This document shows positions 30,379 to 39,225 of a stretch of DNA of 64,000 nucleotides, piece by piece. The position numbers and the translations under genes were made by a program. The stretch covers positions 32,001-96,000 of the IMG/VR virus record IMGVR_UViG_3300030085_004590. One strand, written 5' to 3'. The first letter of the stretch is position 1. Each line of letters starts with the position of its first letter. This stretch comes from a virus. The notes beneath the pieces are model-generated. The model was not told where the DNA came from. It saw only the letters and a list, made by a program, of their open reading frames with translations, and did no database searches.

Positions 30379-33300
30379 ATGAACAAACTCTCACAATTTC
30401 TTGTAGAGCAAATGCTCCTAGAGGATGAAAGTCCTATTAAGAAGGTCGTAGTAGTATATGGTGGTAGGTTTCAACCTATGCACAAAGGACACTACGGTAC
30501 ATACCAACATCTTGTCAAAAAATTCGGTAGAAATAATGTTTTTATCAGTACTTCCAACAAAGTAGAAAGACCAAAATCACCTTTTAACTTCAAAGAGAAG
30601 GTGAAAATCATGACTACAATGTTCAATATACCTAAATCAAAAATAGTACAGGTAAAAAACAATTATGCTCCAACAGAAATCCTCAAAAAATACGATAAAA
30701 ACACAACCGCCTTCATAACCGTTGTTGGTGAAAAGGATGCAGGAAGATTGGGTGGAAAGTATTTCAAACCATGGAAAGGAAAAGCAGAGGTTGGTTATGA
30801 GGATGGTGGTTATGTTTATGCCGCACCATCAAGTGGTGGTGGTATAAGCGGAACTGAAACTCGTAATGGGTTATCAGTAGGGTCGGATGACCAGAAGAAG
30901 TCTTTCTTTAAATCTCGTGCATATGGAAAGTTCAATGCAACGATTTTTAAGATGATTACGGACAAACTTAATGAGGGAGTAATCGAGATTTCTAAAGAAA
31001 GGATTGAAGAATGGCTCATCAACGAAAGTTCGAAGATGAGTTCAGGTCAAGTGGATGATGGGCCAAACTTCTTTTTCCCTAACTATGATGTATATTCTCG
31101 TATCAATGTAAAAAGAGCAGCAAAGATTGGATTTGAGGTAGTAAATATGATTACTTCTAAAGAAATCGAGGATTACTATGACCATCCAAGTTATCCTGAT
31201 GGGCCAGTAAAGGCAGTTACTTATTTCCCTGCTGGTGTTTTGGGTACAACAACCGCAACAAACCAAATTGATATTTATTCATCAAAAGCGTATTCCGATT
31301 GGTACAAACATTCAACTCGTAAAGCATCAATGGTTGGTTATGAGTTAGTTAAATCACTTGCAAATAAAGAAGATTTAAAACAAGATAAAGAACAATCAGT
31401 AGAAGATGCAAAAGGAGATAAGGTTTCTCAGAAAGAATACGAAGCATCTTTAAATGAAGCAATTACATTACCAGTTGAAGTTGGTGATACAATTCTAACT
31501 GGTAGATTTAAAAACAAAAAAACAGTTGTTAAAACTATTGGTAAAGATGAACATGGAATGCCAACTATTAATGGTAGAAAAGTTGTAAACTTTAGATTAG
31601 TGAAAGAAGGATTCCAAGCAATTTTTGAAGATGATGCAGATAAATATACTCATGTAGGTGGTGGTAACTACAAACCAAAAGGAAAAGAAGATGATGAAGA
31701 TGCACCTACTTTCAATAAAGATGGAGATAGATTTGTTCAAGTAGATAAAGGTGGTGATGATAAACCACAAGATGCTAAATCAAAAATTAGTGGTAAAGAT
31801 ATGTTCAAACATTCACCAGATATTAAAAAAGAAAAAGAACCCAAAAAACAAGGATTCTTTTCTAAATTATTTGGTCTACCAAGTTCACCAGAAGAAAAGA
31901 AAAAAGTACTTACACTTAAAAGTATAGAAAATGTAGATGATAAAGAGTTTGCAAAACACATTAAGAAAAAAGTATTACCAAACCTACCAGATAAAAGTAA
32001 AGAAGAACTTAAACCTATTTTACAAAAGTATGTTGAACTAAAAAAACAACTTAAGAAAACAGATGATGATGATGAACAATCAGAAATAATGTATAAACAA
32101 GATAAGATTCGTGATTATGTTTATGATTATACAAAAGAAAAAATGAATGAGATTGCTGGTACGGCAGTTGATTGTGAAAAGTGTAATCACTCTTGGGATA
32201 TAGAGGCAAATGATAATGAAAAATATTTATGTCATAATTGTGGATGGGATTCACAAAAACAAGAGTATGATTATGATGCATTTGATTCATGGCAGGAAAA
32301 AATGGGATTGAATGAAAGAAGTAAAGGTAAATTAAGACCTGCTGATTTACTAAGAAGAAAAGCAGCAATGGCTGGTAAACGAGCTGCAATTGCAAGAAGA
32401 AGAAAAAGAACTATGATGAGGAGAAAACCTCTTGCTAAACTAAAAAAGATTGCATACAAAAAAGCATACCTACAAGTTTATGATGAGTTTATGAAGGATT
32501 TATTTCCTGGTATGAAGAAAAAGGATTTATCAATCCAACAAGCAAAGATAGTTCATAAGAATGTATTAAGAAAAAAGAAAAGAGTTCTTAAAAGAGCAAG
32601 ATTTAAATTCTTACCTGCTTTAAGAGCAAAAGAGGCAGAAAAATTCGGTGATAAATCAGAAACAAACGAATTAATGATTGGATATGCAGGACCTGAAGAT
32701 ATGAAAAGGTTTGCAAAGAGAAATAAAGAATATAGAAAAGATGCTGAATCAAGTAAGGAGTATCAATACGAACCAATTAAAGAACAATCAGATAAAAAAA
32801 CACAATGTATCAATAACTTTGTAGAATATGCTTGTAAAAGATTAAAACTTGATGGTAATCCAAAGATATCTTTGATGAGTGGTACAGAATATGCAGATAC
32901 TCATAAAAGTTTAGGTGGTTTCAATCCACAAACAAAAGAAATCTATGTTGCAACTGAAAATAGATTAACTGCTGATATTTGTAGAACGATTGCACATGAA
33001 TTAGTTCATAGAAAACAAGATGAGATGGGATTATTAAAAGACCCAATCAAAGATGGAGCAGATGGTTCACCGATTGAAAATCAAGCACATGCAGTTGCAG
33101 GAATTATAATGAGAGAATATGGTAGAATTGATGATACAATTTACCAAGAAGGAATTAACTCTTTTTATTACGATGATTTAGCAAAGTATGTTTACAAAAA
33201 AAGAGGAGAGATTAACAGATTATTCAAAAACTTACCTGATGAGAAAAAGGCTGAGTATTTAGAAAAACTTTACATCAAATTATTCCAGGGCCCAACTTCA

Positions 33301-35790
33301 AGAATGGTACATAGAGATATCAAAGGTAAGGGTGGTGAATTATTAAAGATGTTGAGAAAGGATAGAAGATTAAAAGAACAATGTGAAAGATTACCAAACG
33401 AATCAGAACAAGATTACAGAAGGAGATGTTTTGGTTACAATCCTTTAACTCCACCACCTGCAGGATTACAAAGATTAGGTGAGAATAAAGCAACAAGAAC
33501 AAAATTCAATTTAACAATACCTTCTGATATTAAAAAACTTCAAAAGGCATTTAAGAAAGATAAAAAACAACTTTATGTAGTTGGTGGAGCAGTTAGAGAT
33601 GCACTTCTTGGTAAAAAACCAAAAGATTTTGATTTAACAACAGATGCAACACCAGAAGAAATGATTAAGATTGCGAAACAAGGTAAATTTAAACATTCTA
33701 CAACAAATGTAAATGCAAATCTTGATTTAGGAAGTATAATCATCAATGGACACGAAGTAACTACATTCAGACAAGATGTTGGTAAAGGTAGGAGACCAGA
33801 TAAAGTAGTTTATTGTGATATTTCAACAGATTCTAAGAGAAGAGATTTAACTTGTAACTCTTTATACTACGATATTGATAAAAAAGAGATTATTGATTTC
33901 CATGGTGGTGTAGAAGATTTGAAAAAAGGAGTTATTAGAACAGTTGGTAAAGCAAAAGAAAGATTTGATGAGGACCCATTAAGAAAATTAAGAGCAGTAA
34001 GGTTCGAAACTCGATTAGGTGCTAAATTAGATAAAGAAACTTTAGATGCACTTAAAAAAGATAACAAAATAACACAACTTTCATATCAAAGAATAAGTGA
34101 TGAGTTTATAAGTGCAATAAAACAATCAAAAAACACTAAAGTTTACTTAGATAGATGTGATGAAGTTGGGTTTACACCACAAATTCTACCAGGTCTTAAA
34201 GTAAGTAAACCATATCCACACGATAATAACCCAATTACTTTAATGGCATTTATTCTAAGAGATAATGACCCTGCAAAAGTAGGTAAAATATTAAATAAAA
34301 TCAATTATAGTAATGAAATTAAAGATGCAATAGTGTTTTTAATATCATTAAAAGGATTTAAACCTGAATTGATTGTACCATTTAAGAAACTACATGATAA
34401 AATAAAGTTATCAGATAGTGATATTGTAGATTTTGGTAAAAGAATTGGTAAAAAACTTGATAAATTTGTTAAATTCAAGTTATCTGTAAAAGGAAAAGAT
34501 GTACCAAAGGATATACCCGATGGGCCAGAGAAAGGTTTGTGGATAAAGAATAGAGAAAAAGAACTATTCATGAAAGAAGGTATCCTTACAGAAGGTGGTG
34601 CGTATGGACATATGTCTCACCCATTCGATACTGATATCAATTTAACCTTTGGACAACTAAAAGATATCGTAAATCGTGCACTCGAAGGTACACTTGAATT
34701 CACAAGAGAGAAAACTGATGGTCAAGCTCTTGCAATTTCATGGAGAGATGGAAGATTAGTAGCAGCAAGAAACAAAGGACACCTAAAAAACAAAGGTGAG
34801 AACGCTTTAGATATCAAAGGAGTATCAGATAAGTTCCAAGGTAGAGGTGGATTATCAGATGCATACAATTATGCGATGAAAGACCTTTCAAATGCAATCA
34901 AAGCACTTACAGATAAACAAAGAGATAAGATTTTTAAACAAGGTGCGTGTTTTATGAACCTTGAAGTGATATATCCAACATCAGTTAATGTCATTCCTTA
35001 CGGCCAGGCGTTACTTGTGTTCCATGGAACGATGGAATATGATATGGAAGGTAAGGCAATTGGTGAAAATGGTGAAGCAGCAAGAATATTAGCTGGTATG
35101 ATTAAACAAGTTAACAAAGATGTACAAGATAACTACACTATTCAAGGGCCACCAATTGTAAAGTTACCTAAATCACAAGATTTATCAAAGAAAAGAGCAA
35201 AATATTCATCTCAAATCTCTAAATTACAAAAAGAATTCAAATTAAAGGATACAGATGGTGTTGCAAACTATCATCAAGCATGGTGGGAACAATGGGTTGA
35301 TAAAAACTCACCAACAACACTCGATAATAAAACCAAAATGGGGTTAGTTAAGAGATGGGCTTTCATGGATAAGAAATTTAGATTGGATAATAAGAATATT
35401 TCTGATTCTAAAACACTTGAATGGGCTAAGAAAACAGATAAAGATAATCATAAGAAGATATCAAAAGATAATCTAATGAAGTTTGAGAAAATCTTCTTAG
35501 GATTAGGTGCAGAAGTATTAGAATTTACTTCATCTGCACTTACAGTTAATCCTGATAAGGCAGTTCGTGATATAAAGAAACGAATTGATAAAACAATCAA
35601 AGATGTTAAGAAATCAGGTGACCCAAAAAAGATAGAAAAACTAAAATTAGAACTTGGTAGGTTAAATTCTATTGGTGGTTCTAAGAAAATTGTACCAAAT
35701 GAAGGTATAGTATTTTTATATAAAGGAAATACTTTTAAACTTACAGGTACATTTGCATCTGTAAACCAAATCCTTGGTATTTTCTTCTAA
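30379..35790 (+). CDS. Multidomain putative polyprotein: HxGH nucleotidyltransferase + Zn ribbon + basic domain + HExxH peptidase + CCA-adding/tRNA nucleotidyltransferase + ligase-like domain
   Basis: GGRFQPMHKGH; CEKC...CHNC; IAHELVH; VGGAVRD...DFD...RRD...EDPLR; EKTDG...NLEV...EGIVF...FKLTG. Confidence 0.85.
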   Translation: MNKLSQFLVEQMLLEDESPIKKVVVVYGGRFQPMHKGHYGTYQHLVKKFGRNNVFISTSNKVERPKSPFNFKEKVKIMTTMFNIPKSKIVQVKNNYAPTEILKKYDKNTTAFITVVGEKDAGRLGGKYFKPWKGKAEVGYEDGGYVYAAPSSGGGISGTETRNGLSVGSDDQKKSFFKSRAYGKFNATIFKMITDKLNEGVIEISKERIEEWLINESSKMSSGQVDDGPNFFFPNYDVYSRINVKRAAKIGFEVVNMITSKEIEDYYDHPSYPDGPVKAVTYFPAGVLGTTTATNQIDIYSSKAYSDWYKHSTRKASMVGYELVKSLANKEDLKQDKEQSVEDAKGDKVSQKEYEASLNEAITLPVEVGDTILTGRFKNKKTVVKTIGKDEHGMPTINGRKVVNFRLVKEGFQAIFEDDADKYTHVGGGNYKPKGKEDDEDAPTFNKDGDRFVQVDKGGDDKPQDAKSKISGKDMFKHSPDIKKEKEPKKQGFFSKLFGLPSSPEEKKKVLTLKSIENVDDKEFAKHIKKKVLPNLPDKSKEELKPILQKYVELKKQLKKTDDDDEQSEIMYKQDKIRDYVYDYTKEKMNEIAGTAVDCEKCNHSWDIEANDNEKYLCHNCGWDSQKQEYDYDAFDSWQEKMGLNERSKGKLRPADLLRRKAAMAGKRAAIARRRKRTMMRRKPLAKLKKIAYKKAYLQVYDEFMKDLFPGMKKKDLSIQQAKIVHKNVLRKKKRVLKRARFKFLPALRAKEAEKFGDKSETNELMIGYAGPEDMKRFAKRNKEYRKDAESSKEYQYEPIKEQSDKKTQCINNFVEYACKRLKLDGNPKISLMSGTEYADTHKSLGGFNPQTKEIYVATENRLTADICRTIAHELVHRKQDEMGLLKDPIKDGADGSPIENQAHAVAGIIMREYGRIDDTIYQEGINSFYYDDLAKYVYKKRGEINRLFKNLPDEKKAEYLEKLYIKLFQGPTSRMVHRDIKGKGGELLKMLRKDRRLKEQCERLPNESEQDYRRRCFGYNPLTPPPAGLQRLGENKATRTKFNLTIPSDIKKLQKAFKKDKKQLYVVGGAVRDALLGKKPKDFDLTTDATPEEMIKIAKQGKFKHSTTNVNANLDLGSIIINGHEVTTFRQDVGKGRRPDKVVYCDISTDSKRRDLTCNSLYYDIDKKEIIDFHGGVEDLKKGVIRTVGKAKERFDEDPLRKLRAVRFETRLGAKLDKETLDALKKDNKITQLSYQRISDEFISAIKQSKNTKVYLDRCDEVGFTPQILPGLKVSKPYPHDNNPITLMAFILRDNDPAKVGKILNKINYSNEIKDAIVFLISLKGFKPELIVPFKKLHDKIKLSDSDIVDFGKRIGKKLDKFVKFKLSVKGKDVPKDIPDGPEKGLWIKNREKELFMKEGILTEGGAYGHMSHPFDTDINLTFGQLKDIVNRALEGTLEFTREKTDGQALAISWRDGRLVAARNKGHLKNKGENALDIKGVSDKFQGRGGLSDAYNYAMKDLSNAIKALTDKQRDKIFKQGACFMNLEVIYPTSVNVIPYGQALLVFHGTMEYDMEGKAIGENGEAARILAGMIKQVNKDVQDNYTIQGPPIVKLPKSQDLSKKRAKYSSQISKLQKEFKLKDTDGVANYHQAWWEQWVDKNSPTTLDNKTKMGLVKRWAFMDKKFRLDNKNISDSKTLEWAKKTDKDNHKKISKDNLMKFEKIFLGLGAEVLEFTSSALTVNPDKAVRDIKKRIDKTIKDVKKSGDPKKIEKLKLELGRLNSIGGSKKIVPNEGIVFLYKGNTFKLTGTFASVNQILGIFF

Positions 35791-35814
35791 AAATTTCGGT
35801 TTTCATATTTTGAT

Positions 35815-35823
35815 ATATTTATA
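35815..35823 (+). promoter_or_regulatory. ATATTTATA motif
   Basis: Intergenic, before the ATG at 35851. Confidence 0.65.
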
Positions 35824-35850
35824 TATAAAATTATAACCTAATATATAACA

Positions 35851-36510
35851 ATGGGTAAAGAATTCAAAAAGAAATATATGCACCCAACTCGTAGAAAGTT
35901 GGTAAACATGATAAAGACCGGTGAGTATGAAAAAAATACTACAATCGGTTGGAATGCTAAGAAAGAAGAAAGAAAAGTTGGTGATGTTTGGGAAGATGAA
36001 CATCATAGATATGAAAAGAAAGAGGGATATACTCTTAAAACCAACAAAAACTCAGAAACATTCCAAGAAATTAGAAAATATTTAGAAGAAAAATCTAAAT
36101 GTAAGAATTCTGAATGTAAAACAAAGAAAATTACAGCAAAAGATAAAAAGTTCATTGAAAAGGGTGGTTTTTGTATAAATTGTACTGCAGATAGAGAACA
36201 TAATATAAGAACTGCAGGATTATGGGAAGATTACCAAAATTATAAGGTATGGACTAGAATGATAATCTATGGTAAAAATAAATTAGAACAATATAGAGAA
36301 TCATTAGGTGATTTAAAAGAAGAATATCACATGCATAACGACCAAGGAGAAATAACTGAAACTTGGAAGTTACCAAAACCAATTGATGAGGTTCGAGCAG
36401 AAATACAAGAACTCATTGATTATGGTGAAGGGGAAATAAAAGAGTTGGAAGCAAAAAAGGAAGAAGCTTTTAACAAAATAAAGGAAAAAAATTATGAACA
36501 TTATATTTAA
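35851..36510 (+). CDS. Hypothetical protein with Cys cluster and coiled coil
   Basis: 219-aa ORF; CKNSEC...CINC. Confidence 0.7.
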   Translation: MGKEFKKKYMHPTRRKLVNMIKTGEYEKNTTIGWNAKKEERKVGDVWEDEHHRYEKKEGYTLKTNKNSETFQEIRKYLEEKSKCKNSECKTKKITAKDKKFIEKGGFCINCTADREHNIRTAGLWEDYQNYKVWTRMIIYGKNKLEQYRESLGDLKEEYHMHNDQGEITETWKLPKPIDEVRAEIQELIDYGEGEIKELEAKKEEAFNKIKEKNYEHYI

Positions 36511-37183
36511 TTTGTTATTTAAAAGATGGAAGGAGTTATTAATCCTTCTTTTAATTGGTATCATATTCTTAATGAGAGGATGTGGACCAGATAATAGTGA
36601 TAAAGAAATAATAAACATAGATGGTGAAGATTTTGAATTACTTAAACAAGAAACTGATACAGTTTTTGTAGAAAAAGAAGTTCAAGTAACAAAATATGTT
36701 CCAAGATATATAACAAAAGAAGTAATCAAAGAAGTGGAGATACCAGTAGATGTAGATTCACTTGCAATTATCAAAGATTACTTTTCAAGAGTAACAGTAA
36801 CAGATACTTTGAACTTAAATTATGATTTTCCAAAAGAAGTTACAGATTCTTTGGGACAAAAACCACCAAGTAGTTTAGGATATGGTATTCTTACTGATGT
36901 TATTTCACAAAATAGAATAGAATCAAGAGAAATTGATTGGTTCTTCAGAATTCCAACAGTTTACAACACTACAATTGTAAAAGAGTTACCTAAAAACGAA
37001 TTTTATTATGGTTTCGGATTAGGAGTTGACCAAACAAATGGATTTGGTAACTTTAGTTTGAATGGATTGTTAAAAACTAAGAAAATGAATATCTATGGAT
37101 TAAATGTAGGTATGTCAAATCAAGCAGGACAATACAAACCATTCGTTGGTACATCACTATATTGGAAAATAGGTAAAAAATAA
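36494..37183 (+). CDS. Membrane-anchored/lipoprotein, possible spanin-like lysis protein
   Basis: Hydrophobic LLILLLIGIIFL followed by MRGC; C-terminal amphipathic beta strands ending GTSLYWKIGKK. Confidence 0.5.
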   Translation: MNIIFNLLFKRWKELLILLLIGIIFLMRGCGPDNSDKEIINIDGEDFELLKQETDTVFVEKEVQVTKYVPRYITKEVIKEVEIPVDVDSLAIIKDYFSRVTVTDTLNLNYDFPKEVTDSLGQKPPSSLGYGILTDVISQNRIESREIDWFFRIPTVYNTTIVKELPKNEFYYGFGLGVDQTNGFGNFSLNGLLKTKKMNIYGLNVGMSNQAGQYKPFVGTSLYWKIGKK

Positions 37184-38776
37184 ATGGCAAAAACATCTTT
37201 AAAAGATATAATCAAGATTGAGTATCAGAAATGTGCCTCAGACCCAATACACTTCATGAAGAAGTATTGTATGATTCAACATCCTGTCCGAGGTAAGATA
37301 CCATTTCACTTATTTCCTTTTCAAGAAAGAACTTTAGATGAATTTACCAAACATAGATACAACATTATTCTAAAATCAAGACAGACAGGTATCTCAACCT
37401 TAACTGCAGGATTTGCATTATGGAAAATGTTGTTTAATCAAGATTTTAATGTATTAGTTATTGCGACTAAACAAGAAGTTGCTAAGAACCTTGTAACGAA
37501 GGTTCGTGTAATGAACCAATACTTACCAAGTTGGTTAAAACAAACAACAGTAGAAGATAACAAACTATCTCTACGATACTCCAATGGTTCACAAATCAAA
37601 GCAACATCAGCAGCTGGTGATGCTGGTCGTTCTGAAGCATTATCCTTATTAGTATTTGATGAGGCAGCTTTCATTGATAAGATTGAAGATATATGGATAT
37701 CAGCACAATCTACCCTTTCAACAGGTGGTAACGCAATTATCCTTTCAACACCCAATGGTGTCGGAAATTTCTTTCACAAAACTTGGGTAGGTGCAGAAGA
37801 AGAAGAAAATGGGTTCAATACAATCAGATTACATTGGACAGTTCATCCTGAAAGAAATCAAGATTGGAGAGATGAACAAGAAAAGTTATTGGGAGTAAAA
37901 GGTGCAGCACAAGAATGTGATTGTGATTTCGTTTCTTCTGGTGATACAGTTATTGACCCACAACTTTTACAATTTTACAAAGAATCTTATATTCAAGAAC
38001 CAATTGAAAAGACAGGATTTGATGGAAACCTTTGGAAATGGGAATATCCAAATTACAACAAAGGTTACATGGTTGTTGCCGATGTTGCGAGAGGAGATTC
38101 AACCGATTATTCGGCATGTCATGTAATTGATATTGAACAAGCAACTCAAGTTGCAGAATATAAAGGTAAATTAGATACAAAAGATTTTGGAAACTTTCTT
38201 GTATCACTTGCAACTGATTACAATCAAGCATTACTTGTTATTGAGAATGCAAATATTGGTTGGGCAGTAATACAACAAGTAATTGATAGAGGTTATCAAA
38301 ATCTATTCTACATGAGTAAGGATTTAAAATATGTAGATGTTGAACATCAACTATCAAATAGATATAGAGCCGAGGAACGAGGAATGGTTGCAGGATTTTC
38401 TACAACTTCTAAAACACGACCTTTGATTATATCAAAGTTAGATGATTATTTTAGAGATAAATCAGTAACAGTTCGTTCAGCAAGATTAATCGATGAATTA
38501 TTCACTTTTATATGGAAAGGAAATAGGGCAGAAGCAATGCAAGGATACAACGATGATTTAACAATGTCATTCGCAATTGGTCTTTGGGTTAGAGATACTG
38601 CACTTAGATTAAGACAAGAAGGAATTGATTTAACTAAACAAGCATTGGGTGGTATTGGAGCACATCAATTAGATATTGCAGGTATGGGATTTGGTGGTAA
38701 TACTCAATTAGAAGATAATCCTTGGAAACAAAGAGTTGGTGATAGAGATGAGGATTTAACTTGGTTAATTAAATAA
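37184..38776 (+). CDS. Terminase large subunit (T4 gp17-like)
   Basis: PFQ, KSRQTGIST Walker A, VFDEAAF Walker B, STPNG, ADVARG nuclease motif, DDL. Confidence 0.95.
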   Translation: MAKTSLKDIIKIEYQKCASDPIHFMKKYCMIQHPVRGKIPFHLFPFQERTLDEFTKHRYNIILKSRQTGISTLTAGFALWKMLFNQDFNVLVIATKQEVAKNLVTKVRVMNQYLPSWLKQTTVEDNKLSLRYSNGSQIKATSAAGDAGRSEALSLLVFDEAAFIDKIEDIWISAQSTLSTGGNAIILSTPNGVGNFFHKTWVGAEEEENGFNTIRLHWTVHPERNQDWRDEQEKLLGVKGAAQECDCDFVSSGDTVIDPQLLQFYKESYIQEPIEKTGFDGNLWKWEYPNYNKGYMVVADVARGDSTDYSACHVIDIEQATQVAEYKGKLDTKDFGNFLVSLATDYNQALLVIENANIGWAVIQQVIDRGYQNLFYMSKDLKYVDVEHQLSNRYRAEERGMVAGFSTTSKTRPLIISKLDDYFRDKSVTVRSARLIDELFTFIWKGNRAEAMQGYNDDLTMSFAIGLWVRDTALRLRQEGIDLTKQALGGIGAHQLDIAGMGFGGNTQLEDNPWKQRVGDRDEDLTWLIK

Positions 38777-38780
38777 TTAT

Positions 38781-38789
38781 ATATTTATA
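38781..38789 (+). promoter_or_regulatory. ATATTTATA motif followed by AAGGAG (38794-38799)
   Basis: Intergenic, before 38808. Confidence 0.65.
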
Positions 38790-38807
38790 ATATAAGGAGA
38801 AAATATT

Positions 38808-39188
38808 ATGATTTCAATGAAAAACTTACTTAATGAAAACGAAAGTTATTGTAGTGAATACTATGTAGAAAACTATCACGATATAAAAGAATTCGTAGAA
38901 TTCATGAAATCGTATAAAGAAGATATCAACGAGGCAGAATACCAAGGAAGAAAAGTAAAACTTGGTAAACCAATGCAAGGTGATGTTAAGAAATTCAAAG
39001 TATATGTTAAAAATCCCCAAGGTAATGTAGTAAAAGTAAACTTTGGTCATAAAGGAAAAGGTGGAGAGAAAACAATGTCAATCAAAAAGAATAATCCTCA
39101 AAGGAGAAAATCTTTTAGAGCAAGACATAATTGTGATAACCCAGGTCCAAGACACAAAGCAAGATACTGGTCATGTAGAGCATGGTAA
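38808..39188 (+). CDS. Conserved basic phage protein with acidic leader, probable head-internal protein
   Basis: MISMKNLLNE leader; KVNFG...RRKSFRARHNC...ARYWSCRAW. Confidence 0.7.
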   Translation: MISMKNLLNENESYCSEYYVENYHDIKEFVEFMKSYKEDINEAEYQGRKVKLGKPMQGDVKKFKVYVKNPQGNVVKVNFGHKGKGGEKTMSIKKNNPQRRKSFRARHNCDNPGPRHKARYWSCRAW

Positions 39189-39225
39189 AAAATAAATAAA
39201 GGTTATAATTTAAATTAGGAATAAA

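Noticed and set aside
30379-35790. Intein or assembly chimera as explanation for the long ORF
   Set aside because: No C...HN splice motifs or homing endonuclease seen, and junctions share a consistent x-x-E pattern. A chimera cannot be fully excluded without reads.
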